This document shows, piece after piece, positions 40,483-50,895 of a stretch of DNA of 64,000 nt; the first letter of the stretch is position 1; every line of letters starts with the position of its first letter. The translations under genes were made by a program, and so were the position numbers. The stretch covers positions 3,680,001 through 3,744,000 of the forward strand of contig CBDBZU010000004.1 in assembly GCA_965213625.1 (NCBI GenBank), given 5' to 3'. The notes beneath the pieces were generated by a model that saw only the letters and a list, made by a program, of their open reading frames with translations, was not told the DNA's origin and did not search any database. Origin of the DNA: a bacterium. Its GTDB lineage: Bacteria; UBA8248.

Positions 40483-42678
40483 GTGAATTCCTTGTTCCAA
40501 GATATTGCGTCCGAACTTCGCGCGGACATCCTCTCCAAAAAGACAGTTCCGGCGCTTTCCGCCGGATTCACCTCCGGTCTGGGCCTGCTCGTCGCCCAGA
40601 TCGCCTTCGGCAGCTTCATTTTCTCGGGCGCATTGGCCCCATATACCTCCCAGGGCGTCGGCCTGATTTTGTTCGGAAACTTCGCCGCCTGCCTCATTAT
40701 CGCCCTCGCAGGCGGCTACCGCGGGGCGATTTCGGGGCTTTCTCCCGCGCTCGTAATCGTGATGGCGCTGATCGGCTCCACGATGGACGCCGAAGGCGAT
40801 GCGCTGTTCGTCACCACGGCGGGCGCGCTCATGCTCAGCGCCATGGCCACCGGCGTCTGCTGTCTCGTTATCGGGCATTTCCGGCTCGCCAACCTGGTGC
40901 GCTTCATCCCCTATCCGGTGGCTGGCGGATTCGTGGCGGGAATCGGGGGCGCCGTGTGCCTTGCGGCCATGTCCCTGATCGGAGCGGAGCCTGATTGGCG
41001 GACGGTTCCGGCGCTTCTGGAGCCATCCACGTTATGGAGGTGGGCCCCCGGCGCAGCGTTCGGGATCGCCCTGTACCTCGCCATAAAGCGCTGGGGAAAT
41101 GCGCTGATCCTCCCGGTGAGCGTGGCAATAGCCGTTGTCGCATACCACTTCGCCTTGAGCATTCTCGGCATATCCGGTGAGGAGGCGAGAGAAGCGGGTT
41201 TTCTGTTCCAGAGCACGGCGGAGGGAACCCTTTGGCCGGTTGTGGGGATCGCCGATCTCGCGCACCTGGATTGGGCGGCGATGGCGGAGCAGGTTCCCAA
41301 CATGCTGACGCTGATGCTGATCGCGCTCATCGTCGTGATCATGAATTTCGCCGGCCTCGAGTTGGCCGCAAATCACGAACTGGACTGGGACCTGGAGTTC
41401 AGGACGGCCGGGCTCGCGAGCGTGGTCGCAGGCCTGGGCGGCGGGACGGTGGCATCCACGGTTGTACCCGCCTCGCTGCGCAGCAAGCTGCTCGGAGCCG
41501 CCACCCGCCTGACCGGCATCGTCGCCGCCCTCCTCATCGGGGGCGCGTTGTTCCTGGGCGACGGGATGCTGGAACTGGTTCCGATACCGCTCGTAGGCGG
41601 AATTCTGTTCTTCGCGGGCTTCGGCATGATAGACGAAGGACTCGTGAGAAGCCGCAGGCGGCTCCCCTGGTCGGAATACGGTATTATCGTGCTGATCTTC
41701 GTCGTCATCATCTCCTTCGGACTGTTCGAGGGTGTCGGCGCAGGTATGCTGGCCACCCTCGTGTTCTTCGCCGTGCGCTTAAGCCGCGTGGACCTTGTCG
41801 AATCCCGGTTCAATGCACGAGAACGCAGAAGCAACAAGACCCGGCCCATCCCCGATCGTGCCATCCTGCTGGCCGAAGGCGAGCATGTGCATGCCTACCG
41901 ACTGCGCGGCTACATTTTCTTCGGAAGCGCCTATCCACTAGCCGAACAACTGAAAAAATCCCTCAGTGGCGATTCGCGTCCCGCCTGCCTGATGCTGGAC
42001 TTCGCCGCCGTCTCCGGCTTCGACTACTCGGCGGTTAGCGTCCTGTCCCGGTTCCTGCAGACGGCGCAAGCGGCAGAAGTTCCCGTGGTTCTGAGCGCAC
42101 TGGACGAACAGTTGCGGACGGGGCTGGAGCGCAACCTACCGCCTCCGGTATTCGCCACCTTGCAGATTGAGCCGAATGCGGACCGCGCGCTGGAGCGCTG
42201 CGAGGAGACCGTCATTGCGACATGGAGGGCGGACGTGAACTTATCGGACAAGCGGCGCGCCTCTCTGCTGGCGCACACCGCGGATGACCTCGAGCGCTAC
42301 CTGGAACGGCAAATTCATTTCGAGGAACTCATCGAAGAACTCAAAAGCTGGCTGGACTCTCGTCAGTACGCCGCCGGCGAAGCCCTCGCAGGACCGGATG
42401 CGCCAGGCGAAGACCTGCAACTGTTGCTTGCGGGCCGGGCTTCCGCTTACGATTCCGCGGGCGCGCGTCTTCATGACTACGGTCAGGGCGACGCAATTTG
42501 GCCGGCCGGCTCGCAGAACGATAAAGCGACCTCGGTGGTGGCAGACCAACCCTGCCGGACGATGGTGCTACCGCTGACGGCTCTACGCTGGTTGGACGAG
42601 CATGAAGAGGGGCTTGCCCTCAAGCTGTATCGTTATCTGCTCGCCGCACGTTTCCAGACCGAGTCAGAAACCGGCTAA
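40483..42678 (+). CDS. SulP-family anion transporter with STAS and degenerate cNMP-binding domain
   Basis: RFIPYPVAGGFVAGIG, LRGYIFFGSA, LDFAAVSGFDYS. Confidence 0.87.
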   Translation: MNSLFQDIASELRADILSKKTVPALSAGFTSGLGLLVAQIAFGSFIFSGALAPYTSQGVGLILFGNFAACLIIALAGGYRGAISGLSPALVIVMALIGSTMDAEGDALFVTTAGALMLSAMATGVCCLVIGHFRLANLVRFIPYPVAGGFVAGIGGAVCLAAMSLIGAEPDWRTVPALLEPSTLWRWAPGAAFGIALYLAIKRWGNALILPVSVAIAVVAYHFALSILGISGEEAREAGFLFQSTAEGTLWPVVGIADLAHLDWAAMAEQVPNMLTLMLIALIVVIMNFAGLELAANHELDWDLEFRTAGLASVVAGLGGGTVASTVVPASLRSKLLGAATRLTGIVAALLIGGALFLGDGMLELVPIPLVGGILFFAGFGMIDEGLVRSRRRLPWSEYGIIVLIFVVIISFGLFEGVGAGMLATLVFFAVRLSRVDLVESRFNARERRSNKTRPIPDRAILLAEGEHVHAYRLRGYIFFGSAYPLAEQLKKSLSGDSRPACLMLDFAAVSGFDYSAVSVLSRFLQTAQAAEVPVVLSALDEQLRTGLERNLPPPVFATLQIEPNADRALERCEETVIATWRADVNLSDKRRASLLAHTADDLERYLERQIHFEELIEELKSWLDSRQYAAGEALAGPDAPGEDLQLLLAGRASAYDSAGARLHDYGQGDAIWPAGSQNDKATSVVADQPCRTMVLPLTALRWLDEHEEGLALKLYRYLLAARFQTESETG

Positions 42679-43122
42679 GAGCAACAATTTCCAGCAGCCG
42701 GAAGGGTCAACGGGCTTTCAAGACACGCATCAAGAAATGCCTGCAAGCTGGGATGGACACCAAGAGCTTGGATATTTCCGTCGCGCAAAGGCGACGAGCG
42801 CAGCCTAGATGGTATGGCCGAAGCCTCAGCGAATCACATCCAAATGCTATCTCCCATGAACCTGCGCATATATCGACACGACGCTGGAGTATCCATTCTA
42901 ATGCTCTGCCATGGTAATTTACGGGTACATTTCGTGTAATCCGGCTGGAATGTCAGTTGAAGTTCGGCATCGGCTCAAGCGAAATCGAAACGGCGCACGT
43001 GAGGCTATCCCGGCGTCTCGCTCTGCTTCGTCGGCGCGCCTCGACGCTGAGCGAGATACCGGAAAGCGACGCGCCCATGATACGCTAGCGCATCCGATAC
43101 GTTAAAGGAGAAAGAGACACCG

Positions 43123-44391
43123 ATGCCGCACCCAGACTTCGAGCGCTGCGCGCGCCACATCACCGCAGAGGCCGTGCGCGAACTCCTGAGCGAGATGGTG
43201 GACATCGCAAGCCCCACGGGCGGGGAGGCGCAGATGGCGCGCTATCTGGAGGGGCGCATGGCGCGCGCTGGGCTGGAAGCCCGCTTGCAGGAGGTCGACC
43301 CCGGCAGGCCGAACGCCATCGGCGTGCGCGAGGGCGCGGGCGACGGCGCGAACCTCCTGTTCACCGGCCACATGGATACCTCCTATGACGGGAACGAGGA
43401 TTACCTGAGCGGCGAGGGCTTCAAACCCAGAGCCGTCCACCGGGACGGCTGGATATGGGGTCTGGGCGCGAACAACATGAAGAGCGGGCTTGCGGGCGCG
43501 CTGGCGGCGCTTGAGGCCATCTGCCGCGAAAACCTCATTCTGCGCGGCGACCTCACCCTCGCGGGCGTGGTGGGCGAGATAGAAAAGGCGCCCGTCGATG
43601 AGTTTTCGGGGAAATCCTTCTCGGGCTACGGAACGGGCACGCGCCACCTCATTTTACACGGCGTGATGGCGGATTGCGCCATCCTGGCCGAGCCGACGGG
43701 GCTCAAGGTCTCGAACGCGAACATGGGCGTCGTGTGGGCGAAGATCACGGCCACAGGCACGATAAGCCACAGCGTATTCTCGAACCGTCCTGGGGTCACG
43801 AACGCCGTGCGCGCGATTCACAAGATACAAACCGCGGTCGAGCGATGGATACCCGATTATGAAGCCAGACACTCCTGCATGGGCGAGCACCCCAACGTGA
43901 CGATAGCCGCCGTCCGGGGCGGCTGGCCATGGCGGCTTTCGAGAAACCCCGCCGAGGCGAGCCTTTATCTCGACATACGCACAGTGCCGGGGCAGAACAC
44001 CGAGGACATCAAGCGCGAACTGCGCAGTGTGCTCGATGAAGCGGCGGAAGATGGCCCTCGCGCCTCGCTTTCGTTCTACGTGAACGACCCGCCCACCCTG
44101 CTCGATGCGGACGCTCCTCTCGTACAGGCTGCGCTTGCGGCGCACGAGGAAATTACGGGAGAGGCGTCTCCGCCCATCATCAGGAGGCCCGCGGCCGATT
44201 CCACGCACCTCAACCGATACGGCATCCCGTGCGTCTGCTACGGCCCCGGCGGGCGGATGCACCCCGACGCCGCACGAAAAGGGCTGATGCACGCCGTGGG
44301 CGAGCACGTGCTCGTCGAGGACGTAGTGACGGCAGCGAAAGTCTACCTCGCCGCGGCGCTCGCGATTTGCAGCGAGAAAGCCGGTTCATAG
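43123..44391 (+). CDS. M20 family metallohydrolase (ArgE/DapE-like)
   Basis: FTGHMDT, GLGANNMKSG, GEIE, AEPT, YGPG..H..GE. Confidence 0.87.
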   Translation: MPHPDFERCARHITAEAVRELLSEMVDIASPTGGEAQMARYLEGRMARAGLEARLQEVDPGRPNAIGVREGAGDGANLLFTGHMDTSYDGNEDYLSGEGFKPRAVHRDGWIWGLGANNMKSGLAGALAALEAICRENLILRGDLTLAGVVGEIEKAPVDEFSGKSFSGYGTGTRHLILHGVMADCAILAEPTGLKVSNANMGVVWAKITATGTISHSVFSNRPGVTNAVRAIHKIQTAVERWIPDYEARHSCMGEHPNVTIAAVRGGWPWRLSRNPAEASLYLDIRTVPGQNTEDIKRELRSVLDEAAEDGPRASLSFYVNDPPTLLDADAPLVQAALAAHEEITGEASPPIIRRPAADSTHLNRYGIPCVCYGPGGRMHPDAARKGLMHAVGEHVLVEDVVTAAKVYLAAALAICSEKAGS

Positions 44392-44392
44392 G

Positions 44393-44857
44393 GGGGCTGT
44401 TGAAAAAGCTCTGATATCGTGATTCGGCGTATGGAGCCGACCGGGAAATAACGAAATATCACTACCCCCTTGAGGGTCGTTGCCAGGGAAACAAGAAGTG
44501 GATTCACTCCCCCCTGGAGGGGGAGTCGAAGAGGTGAGGGTGTAAGCCCGAAAGCGAATCGGTGGGGGGGATGATTCGGAATGACAATAAAACGCATTTT
44601 CCCCCCCACCGATTCAGCCTTCGCACAAACCGCTCGGCTTCATCGTCAGGCTTTCCCCTCGGGAAGCCAGACCCTCCAGGGGGGAGTGATTTTTCTCTCT
44701 CGTCGGTCGGTTACATACGACAAATCCAGAGTTCCAGGCTTTTTTAACAAACCCGCCTTGGTCGGGAGTGATCCTCAAGGAGGGAGTGGATTTGAAATTC
44801 TCCTTGATGGAGAGATATCTTCGTAGGGGTTGTACAATGGCTTTTTTCAGCAGCCCC
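44393..44857. mobile_element. Non-autonomous element with IS1182-like ends and 5-bp target duplication
   Basis: GGGGCTGTTGAAAAAGC ... GCTTTTTTCAGCAGCCCC, flanked by ATAGG on both sides; no transposase. Confidence 0.75.
44505..44688. repeat. ~184-bp CACTCCCCC/GGGGGAGTG palindromic element
   Basis: Same family at 46314-46497, 47688-47871, 53866-53954 (partial) and 58735-60409 (IS-interrupted). Confidence 0.8.
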
Positions 44858-44951
44858 ATAGGGATATGGATAGTGAGGCATCATATTACGGAGAAAAAGG
44901 AAACCTCTCATCTAACGGAGCACCGGGAAATAAACCGATAAGGATACCCGC

Positions 44952-46127
44952 ATGGATTTCGAACTGAGTGAAGAGCAAAAGAGCCTGCAGCTTCTTGCGC
45001 GGAAATTCGCGATGGAAGAGATGCTTCCCGTCGTGGCGGAACTGGAAAAGCGACCCGACGGGGAGGACAAGTTCGCCTACGACCTAGTGAAGCGCGGCGC
45101 CGCGCTCGGTTTCCATTCCCTCGCGGTACCGAAGGAATACGGGGGCGACGGGGCCGGCGTACTCACCCAGTGCGTCGTGATGCAGGAGCTCTCCGCCGGC
45201 TCGCCCGCCGTCTCCAAGGTGTACAGCCACAACTGGAAGGCGATAGCGGGCCTCATCGCCGTGGCGAGCGAAGAGCAACTCGCCCGCGTAATCCCCGACT
45301 ACCTGGAAGACCCGCTCTATTGCATCGGCATCGCCATCACGGAGCCCAACGCCGGCAGCGACAACGCGCTTCCCTTCGACGCGGACCTCGCCGCAGGCCC
45401 CGCCCTGAGCGCGGTGCGCGACGGGGATTCCTACGTCCTGAACGGAATGAAGCAGTTCATCGCCATGGGGGCGCAGGCGAAGTACGTCACCGCCTTCGCC
45501 CGGACCGACAAGAGCGTCCCGTGGACAAAAGGCGTGACGGGGTTCATGCTCTTCCCGCCGCACGAGGGCTTCGAGGTCGGCAGGCTGCACGAGAAGGTGG
45601 GCCTCAGGTGCTACCCCCAACACGACCTCATCTTCCGCGACGTGCGGGTCCCGCTGGAGAACCGACTGGGCGAGGAGGACAAATTCCAGGAAGGCAGGAG
45701 GAGCGTCGTCAACGTCGGCACCCTCGAGGCGACGTCCACGGCTTTGGGAATCGCCCAGCGGGCGTACGATCTGGCGCTGGGCTACGCGCGCGAGCGCGTG
45801 CAGGGCGGGAAACCCATTATCGAACACGACCTCATCGGCTCCCTCCTCCTCGATATGTACACGCGGCTCGAAGCTTCGAGGACGCTGCTCTGGCGCGCCG
45901 CCTGGGGCATCGACAATGGGCTGAATGACCAGAAACTCGCGCGGGCGACGAAGGTGCTCACCGTCGAGATGCTGAATTACATGACCATGCGGACCGTGGA
46001 GATTTGGGGGGGCATGGGCGTGATGAAGGACGCGCCGGTCGAGAAAGTGCACCGCGACGCGATTCAGCTATTCCACATGGGCAACACGAACCAGGTGAAC
46101 GTCCTGAAGGCGCTGCCGCACCTGTGA
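44952..46127 (+). CDS. Acyl-CoA dehydrogenase family protein
   Basis: ITEPNAGSD, LNGMKQFI, YARERVQGG, WGGMG..RDA. Confidence 0.9.
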   Translation: MDFELSEEQKSLQLLARKFAMEEMLPVVAELEKRPDGEDKFAYDLVKRGAALGFHSLAVPKEYGGDGAGVLTQCVVMQELSAGSPAVSKVYSHNWKAIAGLIAVASEEQLARVIPDYLEDPLYCIGIAITEPNAGSDNALPFDADLAAGPALSAVRDGDSYVLNGMKQFIAMGAQAKYVTAFARTDKSVPWTKGVTGFMLFPPHEGFEVGRLHEKVGLRCYPQHDLIFRDVRVPLENRLGEEDKFQEGRRSVVNVGTLEATSTALGIAQRAYDLALGYARERVQGGKPIIEHDLIGSLLLDMYTRLEASRTLLWRAAWGIDNGLNDQKLARATKVLTVEMLNYMTMRTVEIWGGMGVMKDAPVEKVHRDAIQLFHMGNTNQVNVLKALPHL

Positions 46128-46313
46128 GGACGCCAGAAAATTTACGCGCCTCTTGTCTTTCGCGCGGTTTTTGAGGTTCCTGTCCGTTTGAGGTGTTCAA
46201 CCGATGAGCGTATTTTGGAGAACCAACCTATATTGAATTCCGTAGGGGTCGCATACGGGGTTGCCGAGAAAGATACGGAATCGATTTTGGGTTGCGCGTA
46301 AGCTTTTTAAGTT

Positions 46314-46497
46314 CACTCCCCCCTTGAGGGGGAGTCGATGAAGCCGAGCGATATTTGCGATGGCTGAATCGGTGGGGGGTAAAATGCGTTTTATTGCCAT
46401 ACCGAATCATACCCCCCACCAGTTCACTTTCGGGCTTACGCCCTCAGTTCACTGTCTGGCTTTCCCCTCGGGAAGCCAGACCCTCAAGGGGGGAGTG
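46314..46497. repeat. ~184-bp palindromic element
   Basis: Nearly identical to the reverse complement of 47688-47871. Confidence 0.85.
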
Positions 46498-46531
46498 GTT
46501 GGTTGGCGCTCTGCAAGGAGGGAGTATCGAC

Positions 46532-46930
46532 ATGATAGAGAAAACGGATGCGGAATGGCGTGAGCAGTTGACGCCGGAGCAGTACCACGTCACCCGGGAG
46601 GCGGGAACCGAGCGCGCCTTCAGCGGGAAATATTGCGACTGCCACGATGACGGCATCTATACATGCGTGTGCTGCGGGGCGGAGCTTTTTGACGCCGAGA
46701 CCAAGTTCGACTCGGGCACGGGCTGGCCGAGCTTCTACCAGCCGCTCAAGTCCGAGAACGTGGGCGAGAAGGAGGACAACTCCTTCTGGATGCGCCGCGT
46801 GGAGGTGGTGTGTTCGAACTGCGACGCGCACCTGGGCCACGTGTTCCCCGACGGCCCGGCGCCCACCGGCCTTCGCTACTGCATGAACTCGGCATCGCTG
46901 GACCTGAAACCGAAAGACGTATCCGAATAG
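46532..46930 (+). CDS. msrB: Peptide-methionine (R)-S-oxide reductase
   Basis: [33 protein letters not shown]. Confidence 0.95.
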   Translation: MIEKTDAEWREQLTPEQYHVTREAGTERAFSGKYCDCHDDGIYTCVCCGAELFDAETKFDSGTGWPSFYQPLKSENVGEKEDNSFWMRRVEVVCSNCDAHLGHVFPDGPAPTGLRYCMNSASLDLKPKDVSE

Positions 46931-47029
46931 ATTCATACGGGCATGGAGGGGCGAGACTCGCCTCATGTGACGCCCATTGCGCGAAAATTAAAGAGCGCCA
47001 TTTCAACAGGACGACAGGAGACAGCATCC

Positions 47030-47473
47030 ATGAGTATCCAACGCTTTCATAACGTATCGCTTACGGTGAAGGACGCGGACGCATCCTCAAAATGGTACGC
47101 CGAGAACTTCGGTTTCGAGGTGGAATCCGATTCCGAGCGCACGCCGGAGTTCTCGGCCCAGGTGACGGGCGTTCCCGGCGCGCACCTTCGCGTGGTGCAC
47201 ATGGGCGGTCACGGACTTCACCTCGAACTCATGGAGTACAAGGGCGCTGCCGGCGAGACGATAAACACCGACCCCAACAACACGGGCTGCCTGCAGATCG
47301 GCTTCGTGGTGGACGACGCCGAAGCCCTCTACGCGAAACTCCAGGCGGACGGGACCACCATGTGTTCGCCGGAACCCGCCACGGTGCCGAGCGGTCCCAT
47401 CCAGGGCTCCAAGATATTCTTCTGCAAAGACCCCGACGGCGTGGTGCTGAAGTTTCTCTCGATCAAGAAGTAG
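47030..47473 (+). CDS. VOC family protein
   Basis: FHNVSLTV, LELMEY, DPDG. Confidence 0.82.
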   Translation: MSIQRFHNVSLTVKDADASSKWYAENFGFEVESDSERTPEFSAQVTGVPGAHLRVVHMGGHGLHLELMEYKGAAGETINTDPNNTGCLQIGFVVDDAEALYAKLQADGTTMCSPEPATVPSGPIQGSKIFFCKDPDGVVLKFLSIKK

Positions 47474-47537
47474 TTTTCATAAGATTGAGCCTCCCCGAGG
47501 AGTGGAGGCTCGCGAATCGGCCTTTCTTCTCACCTGG

Positions 47538-48042
47538 GTAGGGGCGGACCGATGTGTTAGCCCTGTTGTTTGATTCCCCTCGTTTCACTAGGGACGAACT
47601 CGTAGGGGCGGACTCCTTCTCGGGTCCGCCCCACAGCTCGCGAGCCGCCCCTACGGAATCTCTACCTCCTCAAGTGTTGGCGAAAACCACTCCCCCCTTG
47701 AGGGTCTGGCTTCCCGAGGGGAAAGCCAGACAGTGAACTGAGGGTGTAAGCCCGAAAGTGAACTGGTGGGGGGTATGATTCGGAATAGCAATAAAACGCA
47801 TTTTACCCCCCACCGATTCAGCCTTCGCAAATATCGCTCGGCTTCATCGACTCCCCCTCAAGGGGGGAGTGATTATTATTAGCACAGCTATTTCTGGATT
47901 CCGGCATTCGCCGGAATGACGAACATCTACGTCTCAGGGATTGTAGGGACAGGCCCCTGTGCCTGTTCTGATCGCTTCCTCCTTGAAGCAGGACAACCAC
48001 GGGGGGCAGGGACGACCCCGAAGAGGGGCTCGTCCCCACTAC
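47538..48042. repeat. Cluster of mixed palindromic repeats (REPs, 184-bp element, RPE-like half)
   Basis: GTAG REPs at 47538, 47602-47654 and 47943-48042; 184-bp element at 47688-47871. Confidence 0.8.
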
Positions 48043-48067
48043 GATTGCGAACCTGTCCCTCATACTC

Positions 48068-48574
48068 TCAGAAATCAGCCCTTTCCTTTCGCCCAAACCG
48101 CAAACTCAACAGAAACAAAACGAACGCCGTGAGGCTCGCGAGGGTGCGGACGTGGTTCCACAGCGTCCATTCCGAGATGTAGGAGACCATCACGCCCGCG
48201 TTCTCGGGCAGGGCCGGATCCAGGGGTGCGATTACACCGTTCAAGGGCACGTTGAAGAGGCTGGTGACGCCGAAGGCGCCTACCAGATAAATGAGGGCGG
48301 CGGTAAGTGCGAACCAGCAGGCGGGGGCGTCGCGGCGAATCAGCGCGTGAAGCGCAACGGCGATACATAGTATCAAAGCGCCGAAAAAACCGAGCGCGAA
48401 GACGGCGTTCCTGACGGCGAGGTTAATCGCCTGCATGGAGGCCAGGGCGGCGAGCGGCTCCATCGCCGAGAGGCCGGGCATCACCACGAACGAGAACGCG
48501 AAGAAAAACCCGGCCATCACGCCGACCCAGACGGCGCAGGCCAGTCGCAGCCAGTAGCCAAAGGACATCGACAT
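48068..48574 (-). CDS. DUF1772/anthrone oxygenase-like membrane protein
   Basis: AGFFFAFSFVVMPGL, MQAIN, VT..FNVPLN, WTLWNHVRT. Confidence 0.85.
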   Translation of the reverse strand: MSMSFGYWLRLACAVWVGVMAGFFFAFSFVVMPGLSAMEPLAALASMQAINLAVRNAVFALGFFGALILCIAVALHALIRRDAPACWFALTAALIYLVGAFGVTSLFNVPLNGVIAPLDPALPENAGVMVSYISEWTLWNHVRTLASLTAFVLFLLSLRFGRKERADF

Positions 48575-48786
48575 TACACTTCCCCAAAGGCGGCGAGTTG
48601 TGCCGAGGTCGCTCATTGGCCGCCTCGCCCATATTCATTTTTCGCCATTGCGGGGGGATAAGCAAGAAGCGCCTCCGCGCAGGGTCGAACCGTATGTGGA
48701 TGATCTCCACGCACGAAGGAGTGATTCGGCAGAATATTCATATCTCCGGTCGGCAAGCCTTCACCCTTATATGAGCAGACCAATAA

Positions 48787-49278
48787 GGGCGGCTCGCGAG
48801 CCGCCCCTACAAGAAGAAAATCCCTTTTACTTTGGCGTTATCGAATACTCCCCCCTTGAGAGTCAAACCCGACTTGGTAGGGAGAACCTGTTTATTTGTA
48901 GGGGTCGCATACCATGCGACCCGCGGTTGGGCGACGAAAGAATCAGGCCGCAACATATGGGGTTGTTGAAAAACCCCGGATACGGCCCCGCAATTGCAGG
49001 CGGTGAATGCGGCGTAATACTCCCACTCGTCCTGCGCTGTCTGCCACTCCGCCTCACCCTGAGTAGCGGCGAAGCCGCGTATCGAAGGGCGAAGTTCGCG
49101 CCCGCAGGAGAGATACGCCGCCCATCCTTCGATACAGCGCTTGCGCGCCTACTCAGGATGAGGGTTGGGGACGCTTGCTCAGGATGAAGGCGTCAGGGGT
49201 TCCGCGAAGCCTGCTGCCGCGCCGGTGGGGCAGACCCTCCCGCATAGGGTTTTCAACAACCCTCAAGGGGGGAGTGAT
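48787..49278. repeat. Cluster of mixed repeats including an IS1182-end element (48959-49263) and a CACCCTGAG..TCGAAGGG element (49052-49163)
   Basis: REP 48787-48810, REP at 48898, GGGGTTGTTGAAAAA ... TTTTCAACAACCC, inverted CCTCACCCTGAGTAG/CTACTCAGGATGAGG. Confidence 0.7.
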
Positions 49279-49429
49279 TCTCCTCTCCACCCGGAGTTCA
49301 TATGGAATCTCTTCTCCCCCAGCCTGCCTTGCGGTCGTTCCCTTGCGGGGCCACAATGCGCCCGCCTGTTCCTGCAAGGCGCTGAGGTGGTCCCATATCC
49401 GAATTTCAATGACGAAAAAGGGAGACGCC

Positions 49430-50425
49430 ATGAGCAAGCCGTCCATCGCGATAGTGACGACCGGGGGGACGATATCGTCCAAATACGACACGCGCGGAGG
49501 GGAGAACGTACCTGCGGCGAGCGCGGAGGAGTTGGTCGCATCCGTTCCCGAGCTTGCGGGTGCGGCCCAGGTGCGCGTCGTCGAGCACTCGAACGTCACC
49601 AGCGACGTGATGGAGACGGCTACCGCCTTTGGGCTCCGCGACCGCCTGCGCGGGATTCTGGCGGATGAGGAAACAGCGGGGGCCGTGATCACACACGGGA
49701 CGGCCACGATGGAGGAGACGGCCTATCTGTTGGACTTGACCCTGGGCGGTGAGAAGCCCGTGGTGATTACGGGCGCGATGCGCAATTCCGTCGCCCGTGA
49801 CGCGGACGGTCCCCGGAACATCTTCTACGCAGCGAAGATAGCGGCCTCCCCCGAAGCGCGGGGCCGGGGCGTGACGGTCGCGCTGGACGGCGAGATATTC
49901 GCCGCGCGCGACGTCATCAAGGTGCACAGCCAGCGGCCCCACGCCTTTGCGTCGAGAGACGGCGGGCCCATCGGCGTGGTTTCGGATGAGGGCGTCTTTT
50001 TTCACTACCGCCCGGAGCGGCGGCTCCACTTCGAGGTGGACACCGTGAAGGAAAACGTGCAGTTCCTCACCGTGACCCAGGGGGTGAACGACCTGCTCGT
50101 GCGCGCGTGCATCAAAGAGGGGGTGGACGGCATCGTGGTGGAGGGCGTCGGCGCGGGCAACGTGAACGTGCCCTTCCACCACGCCCTGTGCGACGCGCTC
50201 GATGCGGGAATCCCCGTGGTGATCGGGGTGCGCATCTTCGCAGGCGCGCCGCACCGCGCGAAGGCGCATGAGGGCTCTTTCCGCAGCCTGATCGAGCGCG
50301 GGGCGATTTCGGCAGGCTACCTGAGCGGCATCAAGGCCCGGACCCTGCTGATGGTGGCGCTGGCGCACACGCAGGATTCGGGAGAGCTGCAGGATATTTT
50401 CGAGCGCGCCGGCGGACGAGCCTGA
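49430..50425 (+). CDS. L-asparaginase family protein
   Basis: TTGGTI, THGTATMEET, ITGAMR; GGGAG RBS before MSKPS. Confidence 0.9.
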   Translation: MSKPSIAIVTTGGTISSKYDTRGGENVPAASAEELVASVPELAGAAQVRVVEHSNVTSDVMETATAFGLRDRLRGILADEETAGAVITHGTATMEETAYLLDLTLGGEKPVVITGAMRNSVARDADGPRNIFYAAKIAASPEARGRGVTVALDGEIFAARDVIKVHSQRPHAFASRDGGPIGVVSDEGVFFHYRPERRLHFEVDTVKENVQFLTVTQGVNDLLVRACIKEGVDGIVVEGVGAGNVNVPFHHALCDALDAGIPVVIGVRIFAGAPHRAKAHEGSFRSLIERGAISAGYLSGIKARTLLMVALAHTQDSGELQDIFERAGGRA

Positions 50426-50895
50426 AGACGCGGGGAGCGCCGTCGCCTTCCCGGTCGGCAATGCCGAGTTCCTCGCCCTTAATTCGCAGCCTTCCCCTCC
50501 CCGGTGAAACCTGACCCTCCTTGCTCAGTCGGGTTCGTCCTCTTTCCTCGGGCGGATTCGACCAACTCATCTCTCCTCATTCGGCGTCATGGATTTACGC
50601 GGCGACGGGCATGCCGGAGAGAGCGTCTGAATGCCCCCGGTTTTTTCAGGAGCGAGGACGGTGCGGATAGACGACTGCGGTCGTTCGCTCAGGCGATGAG
50701 GAGAAGGCAGATAATGCAAATAATAATTTCTGAAAATATCGATAAATTTAGATAAATTCACGGGGTATTGCGATAAATTACCGACAATTTATTTTGTTGG
50801 GAAATGACACCGCGGAACCGCGACGCATGAGGATTCTGCCATGGTCAGCGCCTTCTCGCGTGACGGCAAATGCGCGGAACTGCGGGGAGTTGCGC

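Noticed and set aside
42679-43030. Possible ncRNA or gene remnant
   Set aside because: No recognisable fold or protein similarity by eye
46355-46531. N-terminal extensions of msrB (and of the asparaginase, 49175-49429)
   Set aside because: They run through repeat DNA; good RBS and ATG exist at 46532 and 49430
46532-46930. Selenocysteine form of MsrB
   Set aside because: The catalytic residue is a normal Cys codon (RYCMNS)
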